IMG/VR virus record: IMGVR_UViG_2854869019_000002 | Span: 2,707-66,706 of that record | Reading direction: 5' to 3' (one strand) | Source: a virus | Taxonomy: Duplodnaviria > Caudoviricetes | DNA length: 64,000 nt | Shown here: positions 56,830 to 64,000 of the stretch, one piece after another | Layout: each line of letters begins with the position of its first letter | Numbering within the stretch: the first letter of the stretch is position 1 | Made by a program: the position numbers and the translations under genes | The notes under the pieces: model-generated | The model's database searches: none | The model's input: the letters and a program-made list of their open reading frames with translations, nothing else | Told to the model about the DNA's origin: nothing

Positions 56830-57924
56830 TTATTTGCGGTAAGCCAAGCCACCCCAAATTCTGCCTTCTTCGCGATGACGACCACCGTGAACGGCTCCGA
56901 TGTAAGCGGCAACTGCGGCAACAAGTGCAGATGCTGCGAGAAGGAATGCCGTGAGGATGCCCGTTATTCTCGCTTTTTCAGCCGCGTCGGCTGCTTTCGA
57001 TTTTACTTCTTCTGCAGTTTTTTCAGCTTGCGCCTGTATGTCAGCAATCGTCTTTTGAGCTTCTTCAACCTTTTTTTGAGCGTCAGTACGCAAAGCCTGA
57101 ACGCGTTCAACCGTCTGGTTTACACGAGTTTGAGCATCATTTTGACTTAGGCCGGTTCGAGTAGCGACCTGATTAGTGAGCCATTCGCGATCCGCGTCGG
57201 AGATTTCACCCGTAGTAAGTAGGTTTCCAAGAATACCGCTTATCTGACGCTGAAAACCCGCCAAATTCTGCGCTTCCTGACCCACTTCAGAGTTACCCTG
57301 ACCGTCTGTACGTAGGAGGCTATCAGTGAGGTAGTCTAACGGGTTTGTTTTCAATCCTTGTGGCAACATCTGTTCAACAGATGGAGCGGCCGCTTGTCCG
57401 GCGCCTTGCGCCAAGCCTGATACAGCTTGCCCAGCACCTGAAACAATCCCTCCAGCCAACTGACCAACACCCTGAGCGGTGCCGCCAACGACCGTGGCTG
57501 TGGTTTGCACAGCTGTTTCAGCAGCACTTCCAACCGCTTTAGCGCCGCCTGAAACGACGCTGACGAGGAGCATGGCCGATACGATAGTACCAAGTCCCCA
57601 AACCACCAGTCCATTCAGGCCGTCCCGAATAGTGGATTCATCGCGAGTTGACGTTCCAGTAGGTCGACGCATTCTGCCGGTGATATATCCACCAAGCATA
57701 TAAGATGCCACCATCGATATGATGATAAAGAGTGCAGTTAAGACAAGCCATACAGCACTAATGTCTCCACCTCCATCGACGGAGAATGAACTTAGGCCAA
57801 GACCACCAGCGAATGTCGTCAGAACAATCATCACACCCGAAGCGACTGTAACGCCAGCAAAAATAGCCGCCCAATCGACATAGCTGCGATCAGGCGTATT
57901 TTCTACAACAGTTGAATCTACCAT
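56830..57924 (-). CDS. Membrane protein, stress-regulon type
   Basis: SYVDWAAIFAG, GGYITGRMR, RDGLNGLVVW, GGRHR. Confidence 0.85.
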   Translation of the reverse strand: MVDSTVVENTPDRSYVDWAAIFAGVTVASGVMIVLTTFAGGLGLSSFSVDGGGDISAVWLVLTALFIIISMVASYMLGGYITGRMRRPTGTSTRDESTIRDGLNGLVVWGLGTIVSAMLLVSVVSGGAKAVGSAAETAVQTTATVVGGTAQGVGQLAGGIVSGAGQAVSGLAQGAGQAAAPSVEQMLPQGLKTNPLDYLTDSLLRTDGQGNSEVGQEAQNLAGFQRQISGILGNLLTTGEISDADREWLTNQVATRTGLSQNDAQTRVNQTVERVQALRTDAQKKVEEAQKTIADIQAQAEKTAEEVKSKAADAAEKARITGILTAFLLAASALVAAVAAYIGAVHGGRHREEGRIWGGLAYRK

Positions 57925-57998
57925 CAACGTAATCCCAGAAAAGAGAGGATGAACAACACAATAACAACTAGTCCTACTAAATAGATGATGGAATTCAT
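57924..57998 (-). CDS. 24-aa hydrophobic peptide coupled to downstream gene
   Basis: GAAGGAG RBS; MNSIIYLVGLVVIVLFILSFLGLR; TGATG overlap. Confidence 0.7.
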   Translation of the reverse strand: MNSIIYLVGLVVIVLFILSFLGLR

Positions 57999-58077
57999 GT
58001 TGGTTATCTCCTTCAAATAAGTAACAATTCCCGATTATCGGGTGTATTAATATCGGGCTTTACGCTCTTGTTGAGAA

Positions 58078-58102
58078 AACTCATGAGCCGGTAAAAAGTT
58101 TC
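58078..58102 (-). promoter_or_regulatory. Possible EcfG-type promoter
   Basis: GAAAC-N16-AGTT. Confidence 0.4.
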
Positions 58103-58501
58103 ATTGAAGATGAAATTTAATTAATTTATTAATACTTAGACTAGTCCGGATATGGCGATTTCGTTTTTTTGGATTATCCGGTGAATTTATTTACTTGTGT
58201 GAAGGCTTTCGTTTTGGTCTTTTGGACCAAAGGGCTTTATTTTTCTGAAGCTGAAAGATCTTGCGGATTGAGGCAAATAAAAAAACCGGAACATCTGCTA
58301 ACATCACGGGGCACGGAAACGTTCACGACCCAGCTTCCACCGAGCTGCGCGTCAAATACTTTATCAAAATATGACCGTTCGCCACTTCGACTTCTTGCCA
58401 ACCTGCTGCCTTGGCATCTGCAATCAAGTCGGGGACGCCGGGTATAAGCCCGCCTGTTTTTGTCCTAGTATGTCGCTCCACCCTTTTTGGGCTTTGTTCA
58501 G

Positions 58502-58684
58502 TTAATTCTTTGACCGATCGGGATATGGTTCATCAGGCAGCTTCTTCTTAGGATTGCCCGGAGCGTTTGATTGTTCATGAGTAGGTTTTTCGTGCTGGTC
58601 CTGGGGTTCAACCGGAGAAGGATCGACTGTTGTATGTTCTCTATGAAGGTCAGGGTCTGACCAGGGGCTTTTCTTTTTTTCCAT
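58502..58684 (-). CDS. Small disordered protein
   Basis: GGAGG RBS, 60 aa. Confidence 0.6.
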   Translation of the reverse strand: MEKKKSPWSDPDLHREHTTVDPSPVEPQDQHEKPTHEQSNAPGNPKKKLPDEPYPDRSKN

Positions 58685-58732
58685 TTAATCCTCCCGAAAT
58701 TAGAGAACCCCGCCTAAGCGGGGTTCAAGGAA

Positions 58733-59230
58733 CTAGGCAGCCTTCAAGTTAATTTTAGTTTCGGCTAATTTGGTCAAGTCGTGATCAGTTTGACCCTCTT
58801 CTTGCAGTGTTGCGTCAAGAAGCTTTGCTACATCCTTGTGACCAAGTTCAGTGGCCCATCGTTTAAGCGTGCCATATCTTGTAATTTCGTAATGTTCGAC
58901 TGCCTGTGCGGACGATATCAAACCGGCGTCAAGCGCCTTTGTACCCTTGAATTCGTCGATAATTTCCTCACCCTCAGCGATAATACCTTCAATAGCATCG
59001 CAGGTTTTACCCTGAGCGCGCTTTCCGAGGAGTTCGAACACCTGCTGAAGCCGTTCGATGTGCTCCTGAGTTTGTTCCTTATGCTTTTCGAATGCTGCTT
59101 TGAGTTCAGGCGCGACAGCCGCTCTTGCCATCTTTGGCAGTGCCTTGACGATCTTTCGCTCGGCATAATAAATGTCCTTGAGCGTGTCGTAGAACAAATC
59201 GTCGAGCGTCTTTTCCTTGGAATTCGGCAT
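58733..59230 (-). CDS. YciE/YciF (DUF892) ferritin-like stress protein
   Basis: LKDIYYAE, HIERL, AQAVEHYEI.RYGTL. Confidence 0.93.
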   Translation of the reverse strand: MPNSKEKTLDDLFYDTLKDIYYAERKIVKALPKMARAAVAPELKAAFEKHKEQTQEHIERLQQVFELLGKRAQGKTCDAIEGIIAEGEEIIDEFKGTKALDAGLISSAQAVEHYEITRYGTLKRWATELGHKDVAKLLDATLQEEGQTDHDLTKLAETKINLKAA

Positions 59231-59270
59231 TTTTCTCTCCATTAGAGTTTATGCCCCTGCATGGAGAGTC

Positions 59271-59295
59271 AACGTTCATGGATGCTCTTGGTTCC
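59271..59295 (-). promoter_or_regulatory. EcfG-type promoter
   Basis: Perfect GGAAC-N16-CGTT. Confidence 0.75.
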
Positions 59296-59364
59296 TCGGC
59301 CGAAGCCTAAGATTTTGTTTTGCCGAAGTTCAGATAAACTGCTCATTCTAGAAAAAATAAACTC

Positions 59365-60039
59365 CTAAATCAGTGAAGTCTGTTCCTCGTTATCGTTGCT
59401 TGGCGTCAGATCGATCAAATCTGCATCGGGCAAAGGCTTCTGCATATCCTTGGCTTCATCCCAAGGAGCGCGAAGCCACGTGTCGATTTCTTCTGTTGTG
59501 CGCAGAATGACCGGCATTGCCTTTGGGTGAACAGGCTTGACCACGGCATTCGGTTCAGTTGTCAGGAAGCCGAAGATATCGACCTCGACCGGTCCCTCTT
59601 TTTTCTTCCGCACACCTTTCCATGTGGTCCAGATGCCTGCGAACGCAAAGAGCGGCCTTTCCTCGTTGAGGGCGAACCAATGCAAAGGCTTTCGCTTCGT
59701 CTTCGAGTCAAGCTCTTGCCCGTATTCTGAAAAAGAAGTTGCTGGAACAACGCAGCGGCTCTCGACGCCTTGCCAGCGTCGCCAATGCGGGGAGGTGAGA
59801 TTGCGAATGTTCGTCACACCGCTATCAGCTTCGCCCTTCACGTAAATAGGCGGGGTAGGCATGCCCCAACGAAGGTGTGCAAGCTCATGCTCGCCGTCAG
59901 GAAGATTGCGCAGAACCGGCGCCGGATAATCGGGATACACGTCGAGCTGCGGATCAAAACGGTTGGTCACATCACCGAATTTTGGGAACAGACGGCGCAT
60001 GGCCTCATGATTGGTCGTGATGTTATAAAGATTACACAT
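59365..60039 (-). CDS. SOS response-associated peptidase (SRAP/YedK family)
   Basis: MCNLY start, RWG, RCVVPA..F.E, FAFAGIW, HPKAMPVIL. Confidence 0.93.
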   Translation of the reverse strand: MCNLYNITTNHEAMRRLFPKFGDVTNRFDPQLDVYPDYPAPVLRNLPDGEHELAHLRWGMPTPPIYVKGEADSGVTNIRNLTSPHWRRWQGVESRCVVPATSFSEYGQELDSKTKRKPLHWFALNEERPLFAFAGIWTTWKGVRKKKEGPVEVDIFGFLTTEPNAVVKPVHPKAMPVILRTTEEIDTWLRAPWDEAKDMQKPLPDADLIDLTPSNDNEEQTSLI

Positions 60040-60074
60040 GCGCTCCTCCTGACAGGAAGAGAATAGGGCGCAGT

Positions 60075-60257
60075 TTATCTTCGTCCAGCAAGCAAATCTT
60101 CGCCTTGCTGTTTGTGCGCGCGACAGAACCAAAATTGTTCCCGGCTGGTCTTATATCCGAATGTACCCCAAGCCTTGCAGTCGACATCATCGCACCAATG
60201 CTCGAATAGTTTGCCTGGTTGTGAGACGTGGGCTTTATCGTTGTTGTATCCGGGCAT
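60075..60257 (-). CDS. Small Cys/His protein
   Basis: HWC...C.AWG.FG......WFC..H. Confidence 0.7.
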   Translation of the reverse strand: MPGYNNDKAHVSQPGKLFEHWCDDVDCKAWGTFGYKTSREQFWFCRAHKQQGEDLLAGRR

Positions 60258-60258
60258 T

Positions 60259-60501
60259 CTACCTCGGCGCTCGATAAACTACGAATTCGCTCTGCCCCTT
60301 CATGGTGCAGGCCTCACAGCGAAGTTTCCATTGATGCTGTCGCAACGGCTCGTTCCTGTCGATTTTGCGTGCAACTTCTTTTGTATTCAGATCGTTTATG
60401 TATCCGCATCGTGTGCACAGTCCGCATAGAATCGCCCACGGCTCCAGATCAGCAATGCGGGTGAACGCGTCAATTTTCTCGTGTGAAGGTGGCCTTGGCA
60501 T
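60259..60501 (-). CDS. Small Zn-ribbon protein
   Basis: CTRCG...LRCEAC. Confidence 0.65.
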   Translation of the reverse strand: MPRPPSHEKIDAFTRIADLEPWAILCGLCTRCGYINDLNTKEVARKIDRNEPLRQHQWKLRCEACTMKGQSEFVVYRAPR

Positions 60502-60506
60502 GCGGT

Positions 60507-60743
60507 TTATCGAACGAAAATTCGTTCCCATTTGCCATGGCCAAAAGGCTTGCCGCCATGACGACGCATGAAAGCGCTCATGCGCCTTTCAGAGGGGAAG
60601 CTAAACACGCAAAAATCGATCCCAGATTTGCGCGCCATGCGATGAGGCAAGTTAGCACCAAGACGGCCTGCGTCCCGGTGCACTTCATGTCGCGCGCATT
60701 TCAATGCGTAGGATTCAGGAAGGGCGACTTGAAACGTATTCAT
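60507..60743 (-). CDS. Hypothetical protein
   Basis: TAATG coupled in SOS operon. Confidence 0.65.
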   Translation of the reverse strand: MNTFQVALPESYALKCARHEVHRDAGRLGANLPHRMARKSGIDFCVFSFPSERRMSAFMRRHGGKPFGHGKWERIFVR

Positions 60744-60928
60744 TACGCTGCCCTCTTAAAAAGTGGAGCACGTTGGCCATGGGTGAGCGCAAGATGTGAG
60801 AGTTCTATTTCACGTGCAAGAAAGTCTCGGTCTTTAAGTAGTGCTTCTATAGCCGCGTGCACATCGCCTCCATGGTAGGCGAGAACCATCTCAATTTCGG
60901 CTTCATAATTCTGCGCAAGGGTATTCAT
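60743..60928 (-). CDS. Small rhizobial SOS-operon protein
   Basis: AGGAG RBS; LAYHGGD..AAI.ALL.D..FL. Confidence 0.75.
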   Translation of the reverse strand: MNTLAQNYEAEIEMVLAYHGGDVHAAIEALLKDRDFLAREIELSHLALTHGQRAPLFKRAA

Positions 60929-60951
60929 GGATTTCTCCTGAATTAACGAAT

Positions 60952-60966
60952 GTTCCTATTTTGTTC
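60952..60966. promoter_or_regulatory. Alphaproteobacterial LexA box
   Basis: GTTC-CTATTTT-GTTC (GTTC-N7-GTTC) just upstream of the SRAP operon. Confidence 0.8.
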
Positions 60967-61055
60967 TATTTTGAAGTAGGAGTCAATAATTCTGTTAAGA
61001 TTGCAGATACGTGTGCCGTGAGGTATCATGTGCCAACAATATCAGGAGATCATTC

Positions 61056-62201
61056 TTGGCGAAAATAAAAAAGCGCTCGTGGGAGAACGCGAGCGGAAAA
61101 CATGAAGCTTGGCAGTTGGATTTCACTGACAGGCATGGGAAACGCCATCGGGAACAATATGCAAAAAAGAGGGAAGCAGAAGCACGACTATCTGAGATCA
61201 TAACTGAGACAGGGACATCGACGTATAAAGAGGCGGCTCAAACGACAACTGTCGTTGACGTATGTGATGATTTTTATAAGGCAATGGAAACGCGCAATAA
61301 GCGCGGCGAAAGCGTTGTTCAATCATATCTGCGCACGACTAAGCAGCACATCGACAATTGGATAGACCCAAAAGAAGAAAGCGCTGTCGGGTTCACGAAG
61401 GGCATTGGACAAAAGACGCTGTCTGAATTGACCACATCAGACGTAATCAAACTTAGGAACGACATGCGCGATGCATCAGCCGGCGTGGTTACAACCCGCC
61501 GTGTGCTCGGCACCTTAAGCCGCATACTGAAGCACGGCGTGGAGACGGATAAAGTGGGGATAAACGTCGCTAAGGGCGTCCGAGTTATCGGAACACGCGC
61601 TGAAGCTACTGAAAAGGTCACGCCACCATCAAAGTTAACGCTGGCTAGCATCCTAAAAAAATCCGATGAGCAACTGGCACTTCGCATAAGGTTCGCAGCT
61701 TCGTCGGGTCTCCGAGCCTCAGAACAATGGGCATTGCGCTGGGCGCATTTGGACTTGAATAACGGTTACGTCTCCGTTGAAACTCGCGTTGATGCTTATG
61801 GTGAGTTCGATACAACCAAGTCGTCTGCAGGAAGGCGAACCGTTCCAATCGGCAAGGCGATGCTTGATCAATTAAAGGTATGGAAAAGTGTAACAAAGCA
61901 TGGTGATTCGGAAGACTTTGTCTTCACCGATAGCAAAGGCGGGTTCGTACGCCATACAAACTTTATGAAGCGAGATTGGAAGCCGATAAGCAAGAAGGCC
62001 GGCGTAGCGGATATGGGTTGGCACGCCCTGCGTCATTATGCAGTTTCAACATGGATCGAGGCAGGGCTATCTCCGAAGGCGGTTCAGACTCTGGCCGGTC
62101 ATTCAAGCTACGCGATCACGATGAATCGATATGGCCACCTTTTCCCATCGGATGATCATAAGGCCGCATTCGACAAGATTGCTGAAACGCTGGCAGGATG
62201 A
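61056..62201 (+). CDS. int: Tyrosine integrase
   Basis: GLRASE, TKS, HALRH, LAGH, YGH; AGGAG + TTG start. Confidence 0.95.
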   Translation: MAKIKKRSWENASGKHEAWQLDFTDRHGKRHREQYAKKREAEARLSEIITETGTSTYKEAAQTTTVVDVCDDFYKAMETRNKRGESVVQSYLRTTKQHIDNWIDPKEESAVGFTKGIGQKTLSELTTSDVIKLRNDMRDASAGVVTTRRVLGTLSRILKHGVETDKVGINVAKGVRVIGTRAEATEKVTPPSKLTLASILKKSDEQLALRIRFAASSGLRASEQWALRWAHLDLNNGYVSVETRVDAYGEFDTTKSSAGRRTVPIGKAMLDQLKVWKSVTKHGDSEDFVFTDSKGGFVRHTNFMKRDWKPISKKAGVADMGWHALRHYAVSTWIEAGLSPKAVQTLAGHSSYAITMNRYGHLFPSDDHKAAFDKIAETLAG

Positions 62202-62205
62202 TTGA

Positions 62206-62228
62206 TTGGCACATGAATGACACATGAA
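62206..62228 (+). repeat. Candidate integrase arm sites
   Basis: TGGCACATGAA/TGACACATGAA tandem; inverted copy TCATGTGCCAA at 61026-61036. Confidence 0.6.
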
Positions 62229-62262
62229 GTCAGTAACATATTGAAATATAAAAACATATACA

Positions 62263-62311
62263 TTGACTTTTAATCAGTAGGTCCAGGGTTCGAATCCCTG
62301 CGCGCTCACCA
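62263..62311 (+). other. att core: 3' half of tRNA-Lys(TTT)
   Basis: TGACTTTTAATCA anticodon arm, GGTTCGAATCC T arm, CCA end; 5' half absent. Confidence 0.88.
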
Positions 62312-62601
62312 ATTTCAAAGACTTAGCCCTATCTAAAGACATTGGTTTTACAGGACGCCATATACTTAACAGTTGGGCTTCTATGTCGTGCCCTTTCTCA
62401 TCGCATCAATCACGTTGCGACCTGTAAGGTAATTCTTGATGAGGATGCTTTCCCATTCAGATTTTGAATGCCCCGCGTTTATTGAGCGAAGGATAAAATC
62501 CATCCGGTTCACTCATTTGGATCGGCTGGACGGCCGTTGCGGAATGCGGTGAAAAGAATGCGGTTGATTGATATGCTCAATAGAACACAAAGGAACGACT
62601 C

Positions 62602-63009
62602 ATGAGCAATTTAGAAACAGCAATTGCGGTAGCTGCGGCGGCTCACATGGATCACAAGAGCGATTCCGGCGATCCCTACATTCTGCATCCGCTGCGTGTT
62701 ATGATGGCCCAGAAGACGCTTGAAACGCAGATTCTGGCGATTATGCATGACATGATCGAGCACACCAATACATCATTGAATGATGTCTACTCGTTCGGCT
62801 TTGACGACGACATCGTTTTGGCTTTGAATGCGATTACCCGGCGTGATGACGAAGACTATTTCGTCTACGTGAAGCGAGCCTGTTCAAATCCCATCGCGCG
62901 ACCAGTCAAGATCGCTGATCTGCGCGATAACTTGCTCAGCTACGGCGATGACGAAGAAAGCAGAGTGCGTTACACGACCGCTCTGGAGATGCTCGGGGAG
63001 ACGCCTTGA
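62602..63009 (+). CDS. HD-domain hydrolase (small alarmone hydrolase/Mesh1-like)
   Basis: G.PYILHP, HDMIE, VKIADL.DN. Confidence 0.8.
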   Translation: MSNLETAIAVAAAAHMDHKSDSGDPYILHPLRVMMAQKTLETQILAIMHDMIEHTNTSLNDVYSFGFDDDIVLALNAITRRDDEDYFVYVKRACSNPIARPVKIADLRDNLLSYGDDEESRVRYTTALEMLGETP

Positions 63010-63338
63010 ACCAATTTTACGTAGGTCAGCAGGTCGCCTGCATCGATTCTGCTGTCGGCTTCGAGCAATATCTGGAGATCAAGGAAGGCGAGGTCTATAC
63101 AATCGAGTGGATAGGACCTTTTGAGCATTACATTCACGGCTCTTATATCGGCGTGCGACTTAAGAATGTCGATCGCGGCACATGTCCACAGTTCGGATAT
63201 GAAAACCCGCCTTTTGCTGCCCGACGATTCCGCCCACTTGTTAAAGACCGCTTGTCGTCACTGCGAGGCTTGCTCGCAGACCGGCTTGTAACTGAGCAGT
63301 TTGAAGAGCCTAAGCGTAAGGTGAGGGACGTTGTGTGA
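63006..63338 (+). CDS. Close homolog of 56114-56446 in a prophage remnant
   Basis: Long identical stretches, e.g. GFEQYLEIKEGEVYTIEWIGPFEHYIH. Confidence 0.8.
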   Translation: MNQFYVGQQVACIDSAVGFEQYLEIKEGEVYTIEWIGPFEHYIHGSYIGVRLKNVDRGTCPQFGYENPPFAARRFRPLVKDRLSSLRGLLADRLVTEQFEEPKRKVRDVV

Positions 63339-63429
63339 TGGGTGGGATAAATCCCACGATCGATGATGTCGCAAAAGCCTTTTCATCGCCATCCATCAGA
63401 AGGCTGTGCAGGCGGGAAGAATATCCCTG

Positions 63430-63735
63430 ATCGAATCTGACGGTGTGGGTCGACCAGCCATCACGAGTTGCCATGGTTGCTTACAGCTGAACGAACTAAA
63501 CAAAAACATGTCGTTTGCACTCGGAAACATCTTCAACGCCTAGAGCATTTCTGGATTAAGTTAAATCATTAGAAATGCTCGATCTTTTTGTTTTTACGCA
63601 CATCTTGCCCGAAAGCCGATACCTACTTTTCGGGATATGCTCTAGTCCGCTCCGGTCAAAAGGGCGCTGCCAGCCGTCTATTGATCTGAACGAGAATTAT
63701 CTTTTTAGCTGAGCGCGTCAAAGTACTGGAACATA
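63430..63735 (+). pseudogene. Decayed copy of 56446-56727 interrupted by a palindromic element
   Basis: DNA similarity (CTCGGAAACATCTT ... GCTGCCAGCCG ... GATCTGAAC) with indels. Confidence 0.7.
63540..63645. repeat. Bru-RS/RIME-like ~106-bp palindromic element
   Basis: Terminal inverted repeat CTAGAGCAT...ATGCTCTAG with two internal hairpins. Confidence 0.75.
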
Positions 63736-63760
63736 AAAAGACCGCCCATTGGGCGGCTTA

Positions 63761-64000
63761 TTATTCCATATCGGGGATTTCACCATACTGGTAAATAATG
63801 GCTGGAGGTCCATATTCACCAATGTCTGGATCAGCTTCTCTGCTCCAAGCGACTATTCCGGTATGTTTTCCCTCCAGTGATCGAGCTGTACGCAACGCCC
63901 GTCCCTCGGTATCAAAGGCCACTGGATCAAAAGCGGAAACCAATTCACCATCATCATTTCTGTCAAATGCCGCAACCACGATAAGACGAGCCGCCGTCAT
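63761..64000 (-). CDS. Conserved rhizobial hypothetical protein
   Basis: 79 aa ORF; LIVVAAFD, AWSR.ADP.IGEYG. Confidence 0.7.
   Translation of the reverse strand: MTAARLIVVAAFDRNDDGELVSAFDPVAFDTEGRALRTARSLEGKHTGIVAWSREADPDIGEYGPPAIIYQYGEIPDME

Noticed and set aside
58169-58447. 92-aa plus-strand ORF
   Set aside because: No RBS or recognisable features; more likely intergenic
62263-62311. Complete tRNA-Lys gene
   Set aside because: No 5' acceptor strand or D arm; treated as att core

Overview
Almost the whole window (1 to ~62311) is one large temperate HK97-like/siphovirus-type prophage of an alphaproteobacterium, most likely Brucellaceae (Ochrobactrum/Brucella), inferred from an Omp25-family gene, a Bru-RS-like palindrome and alpha-type LexA/EcfG/CtrA motifs. 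Left to right: leftward early genes, a cI-like repressor with six ATACG-N5-CGTAT operators, a recombination/replication/methylation block (Sak4-like ATPase, DUF669 SSB, nucleotidyltransferase, DnaN clamp, Cas4-like nuclease, SF2 helicase, three DNA MTases, primase-helicase), a late regulator, two tRNA-Met-like genes, HNH/terminase/portal/capsid/tail genes, a lysis cassette, accessory genes, an SOS (SRAP) operon, the integrase, and an att core matching the 3' half of tRNA-Lys(TTT). A decayed remnant of a related phage follows the att site. Strongest unexplained signals: (1) about a dozen non-structural proteins carry a genetically encoded tmRNA-tag mimic (ANDN...AA-COOH); (2) a 10-mer ACACGAGGAG start-associated element recurs 11 times exactly, often behind a hairpin with an ACCA loop; (3) a dispersed set of general-stress-response morons each has an EcfG-type promoter, and the prophage also encodes an HWE kinase; (4) an overprinted EcoHK31I-beta-like gene lies inside the C5-methyltransferase. 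All calls are from motif reading by eye; no database searches were run.
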